Shown here: positions 8,718-17,916 of the stretch, one piece after another
Position numbering within the stretch: position 1 is the stretch's first letter
Layout of the letters: each line of letters starts with the position of its first letter
Origin: an uncultured Nitrospiraceae bacterium
GTDB taxonomy: Bacteria; Nitrospirota; Nitrospiria; Nitrospirales; Nitrospiraceae
DNA: 64,000 nt
Assembly (NCBI GenBank): GCA_963730935.1
Contig: CAVSTP010000003.1
Location: 64,001 to 128,000 of the forward strand
Direction of reading: 5' to 3'
Program-made: the position numbers and the translations under genes
The notes under the pieces: model-generated
What the model was told of the DNA's origin: nothing
What the model saw: the letters and a program-made list of their open reading frames with translations, nothing else
The model's database searches: none

Positions 8718-9161
8718 ACAGTTACCTGCCACCAAGCACATACCAGATAAGCAACATGTACGCACTCATGACCAATGTCATAAGGGCGAACAGGATACCC
8801 GCGAGTCCTAGAAGGTCCCAATCTATCTTCGAGACAACCATGTGTGATTATGGCGAGAAGTCCTGCAGCGGTCTGTGCTGAAGTGATCAGGTAGCAATCA
8901 CTAGATGAGGGTTGCCGTTGTCCAATAGTGGAAGACTCATGAAAATAAATATACCCGTGCTAATTCGTAGTCTTATGGGGTTGTCCGCGTGCTCGTCGCA
9001 TTGACTCACCACGCTTCAGGGTTATTGGGGTGTACAGTCAAGTGTTGAATCACGCGGTCTGCCTCATTCCCTCTCGCGCCCTCACTATTCCTTGCGCGTC
9101 TGATTCACGCCCGCTTCTACGGCGGTTTTGCGTGAGCTGTGTCGAGCCTGGGAGTCAACTC

Positions 9162-9362
9162 ATGAACTGCCCTCGTTGTCATGGTCTGATGGTGACCATC
9201 CGATTGGAAGATGCGGGAAGCTCTTCACTCTCCTTCTCAGGGTGGCGATGTCTGCTGTGTGGTGAGGTGATTGATTCGGGGATCAAAGCGAATCGGGAAG
9301 TGTTCCACGGACCAATGGGCAGCCGGGGCCATGCTCGATACGGCGTTTCGCTTGTGCCGTAG
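9162..9362 (+). CDS. small zinc-ribbon protein
   Basis: GGGAG RBS; MNCPRCHGLMV...GWRCLLCGEVID..I.ANR. Confidence 0.7.
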   Translation: MNCPRCHGLMVTIRLEDAGSSSLSFSGWRCLLCGEVIDSGIKANREVFHGPMGSRGHARYGVSLVP

Positions 9363-9609
9363 GACCGTCTCAACGGCGAGGGGCGATCGTAATTCGATTG
9401 AATCCACCTCCACCGGCGCGAAACACTCGAGTTTCCAGATCTCCTGCAGCCAGCTCAAGACGGCCGAAATGAGGTGCGGGCGAGCGAGAGTATGAAAGGA
9501 GGATCTGGCCTCGTACGAGCCAGACAAGACCTTGCGGTAGGATGCTAGATGTCCTCGTGGGGCCAGAGTTTTGATATGCACGAGCTATTACACGGGTAGG
9601 AGGTGTGCC

Positions 9610-9954
9610 ATGGGAAAAAGCATGCAAATATCGTCAGTCCGCAATTGGTCCGAGGGCGTCGGCGATCGCGCCCACCAACATTTCGAAATTTGGTACGGCG
9701 AGGAGGAGCGAAAGAACACGCTCGTTGCCCGAGTCTGGGCGACCAAAGATGGCCCGCATAGCGTCGAACTCTATCGAGAAAGCTCACTAATTGAACCGGT
9801 GCGTGTTCGGGTATTGGAGGGACTAATGCGCGAACTGGACATACATCTCATGAAGGATGAACGAGATGTCCCTAAATATCTCCTGCACCATTGCTCAATG
9901 GCCTCCCACGGCTACAGTCCATACGGATGGATACAAATCAATCCCGGGCGATAG
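9610..9954 (+). CDS. hypothetical protein
   Basis: AGGAGGT RBS; 114-aa ORF. Confidence 0.6.
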   Translation: MGKSMQISSVRNWSEGVGDRAHQHFEIWYGEEERKNTLVARVWATKDGPHSVELYRESSLIEPVRVRVLEGLMRELDIHLMKDERDVPKYLLHHCSMASHGYSPYGWIQINPGR

Positions 9955-10077
9955 CGAACAGTGCAGAGCATCGACCGCCCAACCGAAATGTTTGATCGCT
10001 GGGAAAGAGAGGTGAGTGAGATGTATCAGGTTGGTGGGGCAAGCAATAGAAAATGTCCCCGGTGTTTTTGGGCAATT

Positions 10078-10093
10078 TGAGCAATTTTGGTCA
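10078..10093 (+). promoter_or_regulatory. candidate Crp/Fnr-type site TGAGC-AATTTT-GGTCA
   Basis: Motif copy; TAGTAT at 10116-10121 (22-nt gap). Confidence 0.6.
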
Positions 10094-10190
10094 GACAGCC
10101 CTCCCTCGAGAGACATAGTATGACATCGATGTTGGGACACCGTGTCCGTACGGGTAGTTGTGCTATCCGATCCTGTCAAAGGCAGTAGCC

Positions 10191-10512
10191 ATGGTGAAGC
10201 CTCCTGTCATGTTGGTAGGTAGTCTGTTCCTAAACATGGTGATGGTGTTCGGTTGTGCGAGCGGCTTCGGGGACCCGGCGAGTACATTCCCCGCGGGATT
10301 GTCCCAGCATCTGAGAGAACAGATGCTCCTCTATCGTGAGGAGAGCGCGGAACTCCGGGCCGCTGTATCGAGAGGAGTCTCAACGTTCTGCCGAGGAGTC
10401 GAGCCAGGAATCCGAACGGACCCGACGATATCGAGATTTTGCACAACAAGCTTGGGCGCAAGCTGAAGAGGCCGACCGGCATGCTGAAGAATACCAGGGT
10501 CGGTTGCTGTGA
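10191..10512 (+). pseudogene. frameshifted helical lipoprotein
   Basis: Lipobox VFGC in the first frame; a coiled-coil-like continuation (LYREESQRSAEE...AQQAWAQAEEADRHAEEYQGRLL*) lies in another frame from about 10363. Confidence 0.5.
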
Positions 10513-10564
10513 CGACCCCACCAGGTGGTTCCAACTCCGCACGTGAATGAAAGGACGTACGCCG

Positions 10565-10939
10565 ATGAAGTTAACACCGTTGCACGATTGGGTATTGATC
10601 CGGACCGGCGAGCCGAGCGAGAAGAGTGCCGGCGGCATTATCATTCCAGACACTGCGCAAGAGAGACCGGAGGAAGGAGAAGTCCTCGCTGTGGGGACCG
10701 GTCGCCTGATCGAGGATAAGGACTCGAAGGAGAAAATCAAGAAGAAGACATATGTGAAGACCACCCTTCAGCCGGGTGAGCATGTCCTGTACAAAAAATA
10801 CGCCGCCACACAAGTGGAGGGCGACGATGAAAAGTTGGTGCTGGTTCGTGAAGAGGATGTCCTGGGCACAAAGACTGGCGAGACGGCCATGCATCGGAGC
10901 ATTGGCTCCAAGCTTGAGCGAGAGATCCGAGTGCACTGA
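10565..10939 (+). CDS. groES: co-chaperonin GroES (orphan, with insertion and C-terminal extension)
   Basis: MKLTPLHDWVLI, mobile loop SAGGIIIPDTAQERP, GEVLAVGTG, VREEDVLG. Confidence 0.88.
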   Translation: MKLTPLHDWVLIRTGEPSEKSAGGIIIPDTAQERPEEGEVLAVGTGRLIEDKDSKEKIKKKTYVKTTLQPGEHVLYKKYAATQVEGDDEKLVLVREEDVLGTKTGETAMHRSIGSKLEREIRVH

Positions 10940-11042
10940 TATGTGGCAGCAGACGCAACTCAGATTGCGTTGATCTCTTCTCGATCGGGATCGTGTTGCT
11001 GGTGATCCACCTGGTCCGACGCACCGTCCGGATCTTCACCAT

Positions 11043-11058
11043 TGAGCACTTTTGACCA
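11043..11058 (+). promoter_or_regulatory. candidate Crp/Fnr-type site TGAGC-ACTTTT-GACCA
   Basis: Motif copy; TAGCAT at 11080-11085 (21-nt gap). Confidence 0.65.
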
Positions 11059-11285
11059 GCCTCCCTTCCTCTAGAGGCATAGCATTCAACGTATACCCCG
11101 TCATTAGGTACTCACCGACCATGCGGGAGGGGAGGAAGTTTATCACCGTCAGAACAGAAACCATGGGAAGTTGGGTTCTCGGGCCGATGTTGCACGCGAT
11201 CTCAGCGGTCCGAGGATGACAGGAAGCCTCGGGCGACTCATGATCGGCCAAATAGTACGGGGGCATTCCCCGCAAGGAGGAAATC

Positions 11286-11900
11286 GTGAAAGAAACCACA
11301 TCGACATCGGCGCATCCTGGAACCACAGCGTCTCGGACGTCCCGAAAGGAAGGAATCGTGAAGGAAGCACTCGGTCTGACGGACGTGAAGACGCTCCGGG
11401 ATCGGGCTCGTGAAGGGATTGAGGACGGCGCCATGACATCGGGTTACAAGGCCAACGCAAAGACGGTGATCAAGCTCTTGAATGATGCCCTCGCGACGGA
11501 AATCGTCTGTGTCCTTCGCTATAAGCGCCATTACTTCATGGCCACTGGGATCAGCTCCCTCAGCGTGAAGGGCGAGTTTCTCGAACATGCCACTGAGGAG
11601 CAAGCCCATGCCGATCAATTGGCCGAACGCATTGTCCAACTCGGGGGAGAGCCGAATCTGTCCCCTGAAGGGATGCTGAACCGAAGCCACTCGGAATATG
11701 TCGAAGGGGAAACTTTGGTGGAAATGATCACGGAAGACCTGATCGCCGAACGGATCGCGATTGAGAGCTATCGCGAAATGGTCGCTTATGTCGGCACGGA
11801 TGATTCGACGACCCGCCAGCTCTTAGAGGGGATTCTTGCGCAAGAAGAAGAACATGCAGAGGATCTGGCCGGCCTCCTGGATGACGGTATGGTGGTCTAG
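11286..11900 (+). CDS. ferritin-like (bacterioferritin/Dps-like) protein
   Basis: LNDALATE, EEQAHAD...ERIVQLGGEP, DLIAERIAI, EEEHAEDL di-iron motifs; AAGGAGG RBS. Confidence 0.88.
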   Translation: MKETTSTSAHPGTTASRTSRKEGIVKEALGLTDVKTLRDRAREGIEDGAMTSGYKANAKTVIKLLNDALATEIVCVLRYKRHYFMATGISSLSVKGEFLEHATEEQAHADQLAERIVQLGGEPNLSPEGMLNRSHSEYVEGETLVEMITEDLIAERIAIESYREMVAYVGTDDSTTRQLLEGILAQEEEHAEDLAGLLDDGMVV

Positions 11901-12103
11901 TGGGGCATGGCGGTCTGCTGGTCGCCCTGGCCAAGCACGGTGCAGGGGGGCCACGGCCATCACGGTTGTCGTCGAGGCACGTATCGCCGCTGACCAGCCG
12001 ACTGGGACGCGCTAGTCGGGAGCATCATTGTCGATCGCTGGAGAAGAGCGGCAAGCTCAACGATCTTCTTGCGAACAAGTCTTCAAAGCGGGAGAGCGTG
12101 ACC

Positions 12104-12637
12104 GTGAGGACCGTCACATTACTGGGGAGTGCTCTGATGAGCATGACTCTACTGATCGGATGCATCGACAGGACCGAGCAGCCGCTCCTCCAGGTGCAGA
12201 AGGAGTTGGAACAGCTGTTCGGGACTGCATTGCTCAACGGTGATATCAGGATGCAGCGGGCCCGCGATCATCTCACCGTCGTGATGACCGAACGGCTGCT
12301 GTTCGATGCCGGGAGTCATGAGGTCAAACCCGATGGTATCGACTTGCTTAAGCAGATGGGCGTTCTTTTCAAAGCAGCTTCTCTCAAGGAAATCCGGGTT
12401 GCCGGGCACGCCGACAAGGCCTCGATCGATGACCATTCCGACGAGTATTTCGAGAAGTTGGCCCTATCCAAAGCACGTGCGACTCAAACGGTCCATGTTC
12501 TGCAGGAGAATGGAGCGGCTTCGCAGAGCTTTATCATTGAATGGTATGGAGACATCCGACCGATCGCAAGCAATGAGACTGAAGATGGGCGGCGAATGAA
12601 TCGACGTGTCGAGATTGTTCTGTATGGCGGAATCTGA
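12104..12637 (+). CDS. OmpA/MotB-family lipoprotein
   Basis: Lipobox LIGC; LLFDAGS, IRVAGHAD, LSKARA, YGDIRPIASNETEDGRRMNRRVEI. Confidence 0.82.
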   Translation: MRTVTLLGSALMSMTLLIGCIDRTEQPLLQVQKELEQLFGTALLNGDIRMQRARDHLTVVMTERLLFDAGSHEVKPDGIDLLKQMGVLFKAASLKEIRVAGHADKASIDDHSDEYFEKLALSKARATQTVHVLQENGAASQSFIIEWYGDIRPIASNETEDGRRMNRRVEIVLYGGI

Positions 12638-12682
12638 GCGGATACTCTCATCAGTGAACTGCAGGGGTCACGGGCAAACATT

Positions 12683-13189
12683 ATGATGAATCTGGACTTG
12701 ACCGCCGTTCTCTTCTTGCTTTCGGGCACTGCTGCCGGCATCGCAGTGATCTATTATTCATTCGGGATGGCTCGTGAATGGTTTAGAGAACGGCATCATT
12801 CCGGCAAAGGCATCTTCCGCAAGAAGAACACACCGGAAACGTCTCTCAATGCACACATTGCCACCGAATGGACTGAGGGTCGTCTCCGGTTGGACTCTAT
12901 TTTAACTCTGATCAAATCAGTTGCGGAATTGTTAGAGAAGGAAGTGAAGGCACTGCGGCGACTCGATCATTCAGATCCACGGTATGAAGGGGAGGTTCGT
13001 CAAATGGTCGGACCCACCCTGCGCTGCTTCACCTTCGATAAGCATTTGCGAGATGAGTGCCGCGTGCTGATTCCGCTCCTGCGATTCTGCGCCCAGGATC
13101 TCGCGCAATCGCAGGGTCTGGACATGACACAAAAATTGACCGTCCTCGATGAGATCCAAGCTGTCATCGAGTCGGTCGACCTCCACTGA
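12683..13189 (+). CDS. hypothetical membrane-anchored protein
   Basis: N-terminal TM segment followed by a helical domain. Confidence 0.55.
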   Translation: MMNLDLTAVLFLLSGTAAGIAVIYYSFGMAREWFRERHHSGKGIFRKKNTPETSLNAHIATEWTEGRLRLDSILTLIKSVAELLEKEVKALRRLDHSDPRYEGEVRQMVGPTLRCFTFDKHLRDECRVLIPLLRFCAQDLAQSQGLDMTQKLTVLDEIQAVIESVDLH

Positions 13190-13209
13190 CAGGCGAAAGG
13201 GGCGCAAGG

Positions 13210-13359
13210 GACTACCAGACGCAGTTTAACCGTATTATGCGCGATGATTCCTATGCGGGACTTGTGAAAAGGCTTAAGCAGGAGGGTGTGTCGCCAAAGT
13301 GTTTTGAGAGGACGGCGCCTGCCGTTGCGCTGTCGTCGATGCACACGGTTCCTCGGTAA
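13210..13359 (+). pseudogene. orphan 3' fragment of an mlaC-like gene
   Basis: DYQTQFNRIMRDDSYAGLVKRLKQEGVSPKCFERTAPAVALSSMHTVPR* aligns with the C-terminus of the 17026 protein (NHRAQFARIIRDTSYAGLVEQMQQRGLVVKVFEKTTPVITLSSMHTFAAP). Confidence 0.75.
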
Positions 13360-13430
13360 GAATAATCTTCAGCCATTCACAATGCCGGCGGACTCGACCG
13401 CCGCCGTCTTTGTGAGAAAGGCGGTGGTCC

Positions 13431-13802
13431 ATGGCAAATCCTCGAACTTCGTCCGTCCGCAAAGAAATTCAAGAGTATCTCCAATGCTGCGAATGTCTGC
13501 TGTCAACCGCTCTCCTGCCCAAGAGTCCAGGGTTATCCGAAGACGAAGAGGGTATAGTTGAATATTATGCCGTTGAACTCTCAAAGCTAAATCCGCGACA
13601 GCGGAGTAAGTTGGAGTACCGCCATAGTGTCCTGGAATATATCCGCCTCAGCGAAGTCCTCTTGAAAGTCGATAATCTTTCTGACCAGGAGCATGAACAG
13701 ATGCAGCAAATGTTGAAGCAGGTTGCCATCAAACTGCTCAACTCAGGGCCCGGTGCTAAACCGAAAGCCGAATATCATTCTCTACTCGCTCTCTACAGTT
13801 GA
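13431..13802 (+). CDS. small helical protein with two copies of a helical-hairpin module
   Basis: KEIQEYLQCCECLLS...LSEDEEGIVEYY and HSVLEYIRLSEVLL...LSDQE; related to 14001 and 46456. Confidence 0.65.
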   Translation: MANPRTSSVRKEIQEYLQCCECLLSTALLPKSPGLSEDEEGIVEYYAVELSKLNPRQRSKLEYRHSVLEYIRLSEVLLKVDNLSDQEHEQMQQMLKQVAIKLLNSGPGAKPKAEYHSLLALYS

Positions 13803-13848
13803 CCATTGTCGAAACTCGCCCACGCCGGAAGATTAACGCCAAGCGGGC

Positions 13849-13864
13849 TGAGCGATTTTGACCA
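13849..13864 (+). promoter_or_regulatory. candidate Crp/Fnr-type site TGAGC-GATTTT-GACCA
   Basis: Motif copy; TAATGT at 13887-13892 (22-nt gap). Confidence 0.6.
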
Positions 13865-14000
13865 GATTGGTACTAGTCTACTCATTTAATGTCGAAACTC
13901 TACGGAGCCGATGACGTGGAAATGAATGGTTTGCCACGTTACCTTTGTGCCGACTGGGTGAAGCTTGCTGACTGATCGTTGAGGAAAGAAAGACACGCCC

Positions 14001-14216
14001 TTGCTGGTGCTCACCAAAGAAGTACAGACGTTTATTCGTGCCTGCGAGCATCTCCTCTCTATGCCTTCTTCGCCTCCGATCTGTGATGATGAGCGAGCCC
14101 TTGTTAACTATTACATACAAGAGCTTGTGAATAAGTACGGTGCCCCGAAGGCGGACAGAGCCGGTTCGGCGGAGTCATGTGCCACTGGTCAGGGAACCCA
14201 GTCCCTGCGGTCATAA
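14001..14216 (+). CDS. small helical-hairpin protein
   Basis: LTKEVQTFIRACEHLLS...DDERALVNYYIQEL; paralogue of 46289-46456. Confidence 0.6.
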   Translation: MLVLTKEVQTFIRACEHLLSMPSSPPICDDERALVNYYIQELVNKYGAPKADRAGSAESCATGQGTQSLRS

Positions 14217-14750
14217 CTGCTATCCGCCGCCAGGCCCGGAGAAAGGCAAAGTGTTAGCCCGGATTTAAGTCCGGATATGGAGATGCGAATCAATGAGCAG
14301 ATTACCGTTATCGTTCGGCGACACTCAGCAGCGGTAGTCGAAGTCTACCGTCACGGTGACTGGTCTGGAAAACATGAAATATTCCCTGCATGCCATTCCG
14401 ATCGAGGTTCTTGCACTGGCCTTCATTGAGTTCGTCTTCGTGAGTACTTTGGCCGCAGTGCTTTGGTACATGTTTGGCCACAAGTGACTCTTTGTTATTC
14501 ATCAGAAGATTCAGCGTGGACAATTCTTTCATTTGGAGAATTGTTTTTTTACCTTCTTGCCTGCTCGGCCAGGGCCGTCATCGTGCTTAGCTTTTCCAGC
14601 CTCGACACTCCTTCCTCCCTAGGCGATTGAGGGCGCCGCCTGGTCGTCGATACGCACTGCTGCCTGCTCCTCAGTAAGAAGAACTTCTTTTCGCGACCGG
14701 CTGGAATGTCAAACCTAAACGTTAACGCCCGCTTGCCGGCTGGCTTTCAG

Positions 14751-14766
14751 TGAGCTGTTTTGACCA
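14751..14766 (+). promoter_or_regulatory. candidate Crp/Fnr-type site TGAGC-TGTTTT-GACCA
   Basis: Motif copy; CATACT at 14788-14793 (21-nt gap). Confidence 0.6.
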
Positions 14767-14855
14767 ACTTGCCACGGGCCAGCCGCCCATACTGTAGATC
14801 ATCAAAGGTTGAGAACATGTTTTCCTATTCGCATAGGAAGGAAGAGGTGATTCAT

Positions 14856-15824
14856 ATGCAGGCAACTTATGAACAGTGGTCGCAGGGGAGGGGTCATATT
14901 CAGTGGGGAGCGATCGTTGCCGGTCTGGCCGTCGGCCTTGCCGTGCAAATGCTCTTTACCTTGCTGGGATTGGCCATCGGGGCATGGTCGATCGATTTAC
15001 GAGAGGCCCAACCCACAGGCGGTATCCCATTAGCGACCGGTCTCTGGACGGGCATGTCCATGTTGATTTCCGCATTCGTCGGAGGCTATGCCTCTTCGCG
15101 TTTGTCCGGAGCCTCTAGCAGGACAGAGGGCCTATACCACAGTGCCGTACTCTGGGGTGTGACGTCGGTAGTTTTCGCATGGCTCGGCACGACGGCGCTG
15201 TCATTCATGATCGGAGGGCTGTTTACCACGTTGGGTGGTGGGTTACAGATGCTGAGCCAAGGCGTCGGCACGGCGGTGTCGGCGGCGGCATCAAAACTGC
15301 CGAGTGCGGACACGGCCAACATCACAGCGGCCGACCTTCGCAATCAGATCGAGTCTGTTCTGAAAGCGACCGAGAAGCCTGAATTGCAGCCCAGTGCGAT
15401 GAACAAGAAACTCGACAAGACAAGTGCTCAAGTACGAGAGGGCCAATCGCTTCAGAAAGTGAGCGATTCGACCATTAGTGAAATTCGAGACAAACTGGCT
15501 GCCATGGACCGCGATGCGGCAGTGAATGTCATGGTGAACAAACTAGGCATGTCAGAAAAACAGGCTCAAGAAGTGGCCCAATCCGTCATCGGCATGGTGG
15601 AGAGCGTCAAGCAGGCAGGTAAGGGAATCAAGGAGCAATCCATGGACCTCGGTAATGCCACGATGACACGTGTTGGATCTGCAGCCTGGTGGCTTTTTGT
15701 CCTGGCGGTGCTTTCGCTTGGCGCATCGCTTATCGGGGGAGCGCTCGGGACTGGCGGAGAGTTTTTAAGTCGACTGCAAGGTAGGGCATATCCCCTGGAG
15801 GTAAAACCGGCGATGAATAACTGA
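14856..15824 (+). CDS. conserved integral membrane protein with a large helical loop
   Basis: IQWGAIVAG, LLGLAIG, AFVGGYASSRLSG, GLYH..VLWG and C-terminal AAWWLF TM segment; GAGGTG RBS. Confidence 0.75.
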   Translation: MQATYEQWSQGRGHIQWGAIVAGLAVGLAVQMLFTLLGLAIGAWSIDLREAQPTGGIPLATGLWTGMSMLISAFVGGYASSRLSGASSRTEGLYHSAVLWGVTSVVFAWLGTTALSFMIGGLFTTLGGGLQMLSQGVGTAVSAAASKLPSADTANITAADLRNQIESVLKATEKPELQPSAMNKKLDKTSAQVREGQSLQKVSDSTISEIRDKLAAMDRDAAVNVMVNKLGMSEKQAQEVAQSVIGMVESVKQAGKGIKEQSMDLGNATMTRVGSAAWWLFVLAVLSLGASLIGGALGTGGEFLSRLQGRAYPLEVKPAMNN

Positions 15825-15987
15825 TGGTCAGGACCCTCCGGACGGCCTCGGTCAAAGCGCAACCGTCGTTGGCTCTGTCGCCGAGTCCGTTCGCGAGCCG
15901 TAGAAAAGGGAAAGCGGGTACTTAAACGATGGGCTGGTCGAGCAAGGGTGGCGGCGCCACCTTAAATTCTCTAGAGGAGGCCACACC

Positions 15988-16356
15988 ATGACACGTCTCT
16001 TCACCAAGCAGACAATTTGTATTCTAGCAATATTGTTGAGTGGCTTCCTTGAAGCGGCGCCTATACAGGCTCAAGACCAAGCGCCGACAGTTGCTCCTGG
16101 AACCGATGCGACTATGGAGGGGGACATCGCAGCTGGTTCAGTTGAAGACACAATACGGGCCTGTATGGGCAGGATACCAAAAGATGCCAGTATCGGTCAG
16201 GTGATGATTGCAGAGCAAAGTTGCTGGCGGGATGAAAATGAACGCAAACCCGTACAGGCGATTCCCGGCGCACGCAGCACAGGCCTGACGTCTCCTGCGG
16301 AGCATCGTTCGGCAGTGGAGAGTGCCGATCGTGCCTCGATGGTCGTCTCTAAATGA
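15988..16356 (+). CDS. secreted two-cysteine hypothetical protein (paralogue of 1583-1879)
   Basis: GAGGAGG RBS, signal peptide, EDTIRACMGRIPKDASIGQVMIAEQSC. Confidence 0.7.
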   Translation: MTRLFTKQTICILAILLSGFLEAAPIQAQDQAPTVAPGTDATMEGDIAAGSVEDTIRACMGRIPKDASIGQVMIAEQSCWRDENERKPVQAIPGARSTGLTSPAEHRSAVESADRASMVVSK

Positions 16357-16457
16357 AGGCGTGTCGATCGGAGTCGACTCCCATAACGTTATTGCATCAT
16401 CTGGTGTGAAACAGGACAAGACCGCGTGGGAGATAGAAGAAGGAAAAGGAATCCTCT

Positions 16458-16886
16458 TTGTTACCATCGAAGCCCATTGCCACCCAGGTGTTAGAATCCC
16501 TGGCGCGTAACCCCGCCTGCGAGTTCAAGCAGCTGGTCGCCGATTGCCCCGAATTCACCTGGAACCAACTCTTTTATGAGGTCGATTGGTTGAGCCAGCT
16601 CGGTCAGCTGTGTCTGACATCAGTCGGCGGTCACTACTCCATCAGTCTCCCCACATCCATAGGGGAGACCATGACGCCTGGACAGCCACAACCCTTCTCA
16701 CGAACCAGCGCAACCGATCGGCCCACTCCTGCTCGCCTAGATGGCGAACCCGGGCCGGTCGCGCCGGTTGACCGGCACGTCTGGATTGCCCAACGGGCGT
16801 ATCAGCTCTATGAAGCGCAAGGCCGGCGGGACGGCCTCGCGTTGGTGCATTGGCTCCAAGCCGAAGGCGAGTTCCCATTGCACTGA
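16458..16886 (+). CDS. winged-helix-like domain fused to a DUF2934-like domain
   Basis: N-terminal ..PEFTWNQLFYEVDWLS..GQL.L (paralogue of 22193); C-terminal IAQRAYQLYEAQGRRDGLALVHWLQAE is the DUF2934 signature. Confidence 0.7.
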   Translation: MLPSKPIATQVLESLARNPACEFKQLVADCPEFTWNQLFYEVDWLSQLGQLCLTSVGGHYSISLPTSIGETMTPGQPQPFSRTSATDRPTPARLDGEPGPVAPVDRHVWIAQRAYQLYEAQGRRDGLALVHWLQAEGEFPLH

Positions 16887-16924
16887 TATGGCTGCATCCG
16901 CGCGCTTCATCAATTCTCCAAAAC

Positions 16925-16940
16925 TGTGCGATTTTGACCA
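16925..16940 (+). promoter_or_regulatory. candidate Crp/Fnr-type site TGTGC-GATTTT-GACCA
   Basis: Motif copy; TAGAAT at 16962-16967 (21-nt gap). Confidence 0.65.
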
Positions 16941-17025
16941 GATGACCATCCCTTAGAAGGATAGAATGCATCATGAAGCAGCATTAGTGTTTGTGCATAT
17001 GCATCACTCTAGTCGGCCGGGTACC

Positions 17026-17784
17026 ATGCAATCATATCTCGCTTCATGGATTGTTGTTTGCGGAATGGCCATCGCAGTAACTGGATGCGCCCTGGTGCCC
17101 TTCAACAAGACCCCGGTAGCCGATAACGTAAATCACAATTCGCTGCGGGGACAGCCGGCGACCAGAGACGCCGTCATGCGAGTGGGGCCAAACGACAACT
17201 CTCCTACTTATGCGGTGAAAAGCACGTTCACCGAGTTACTCTCCATTCTCGGGAATGAGGCACTGAAGCAGCCGGACCTGTTTGAGGAACGCCGCCAACA
17301 AATTGCGCGAGTCATACGACACCGTGTCAATTATGGGCAAATGGCTCAACGCTCTCTGGGGGCTCCTTGGACGGGACTAAATGACACGGAGCGGCAGGAA
17401 TTTGTGCGCCTCTATGTTCAGTTACTACGGGATACGTTTGCCAACAAGATCGAGGAATATCACGACGAACAGATGGTCTATCTCTTTGAACGACGTGTGG
17501 GCAGCTTTGCCGAGGTCGGAACCAAGCTGATTGGCTCCAAGGTTGATACCTGGTTAGATTTCCGGTTAGCAGAACAATCCGGCGATTGGCTCGTCTACGA
17601 CGTGGTCATTGACGGCGCCAGCATCGTGGGAAACCACCGGGCACAGTTTGCCCGTATTATCCGCGATACCTCTTACGCAGGACTTGTGGAGCAGATGCAG
17701 CAGCGGGGCCTCGTCGTGAAAGTGTTTGAAAAGACCACACCTGTTATCACGCTGTCATCAATGCACACGTTCGCCGCTCCGTAA
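17026..17784 (+). CDS. MlaC/Ttg2D (HpnM-like) lipid-binding periplasmic lipoprotein
   Basis: Lipobox VTGC; MAQRSLG..W..L...ERQEFV and W.VYDVVIDGASIV...RAQF motifs. Confidence 0.85.
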   Translation: MQSYLASWIVVCGMAIAVTGCALVPFNKTPVADNVNHNSLRGQPATRDAVMRVGPNDNSPTYAVKSTFTELLSILGNEALKQPDLFEERRQQIARVIRHRVNYGQMAQRSLGAPWTGLNDTERQEFVRLYVQLLRDTFANKIEEYHDEQMVYLFERRVGSFAEVGTKLIGSKVDTWLDFRLAEQSGDWLVYDVVIDGASIVGNHRAQFARIIRDTSYAGLVEQMQQRGLVVKVFEKTTPVITLSSMHTFAAP

Positions 17785-17916
17785 CCCGCCACCCCACGTT
17801 GGCGTGGGAAGGTGACACGTTTCGCAAGGACGTGAAACGAGTCGTCAACAGCTGACGGCACACAGACCGGAGGTGGATCGGAAGGTCCACCTCCGAGCTC
17901 TTGAGAAAGGACGGCC

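Noticed and set aside
8486..8881. 131-aa + strand ORF
   Set aside because: It overlaps a better minus-strand gene, and its CAPARIQPATFSLE segment is the antisense translation of the tRNA remnant.
11900..12103. Long N-terminal extension of the OmpA ORF in the ORF track
   Set aside because: The lipoprotein signal and a GGAG RBS point to a start near 12098-12104.
1403..12650. Weaker 5-6-5 look-alikes at 1403 (TGAGC-TACGCC-GACTG), 9550 (TGTCC-TCGTGG-GGCCA) and 12635 (TGAGC-GGATAC-TCTCA)
   Set aside because: They lack the T-tract spacer and a well-placed -10, so they were not counted among the seven sites.
14220..14700. Minus-strand ORF fragments around a T8 run, possibly a decayed gene
   Set aside because: No recognisable motif in any frame; no call can be supported.
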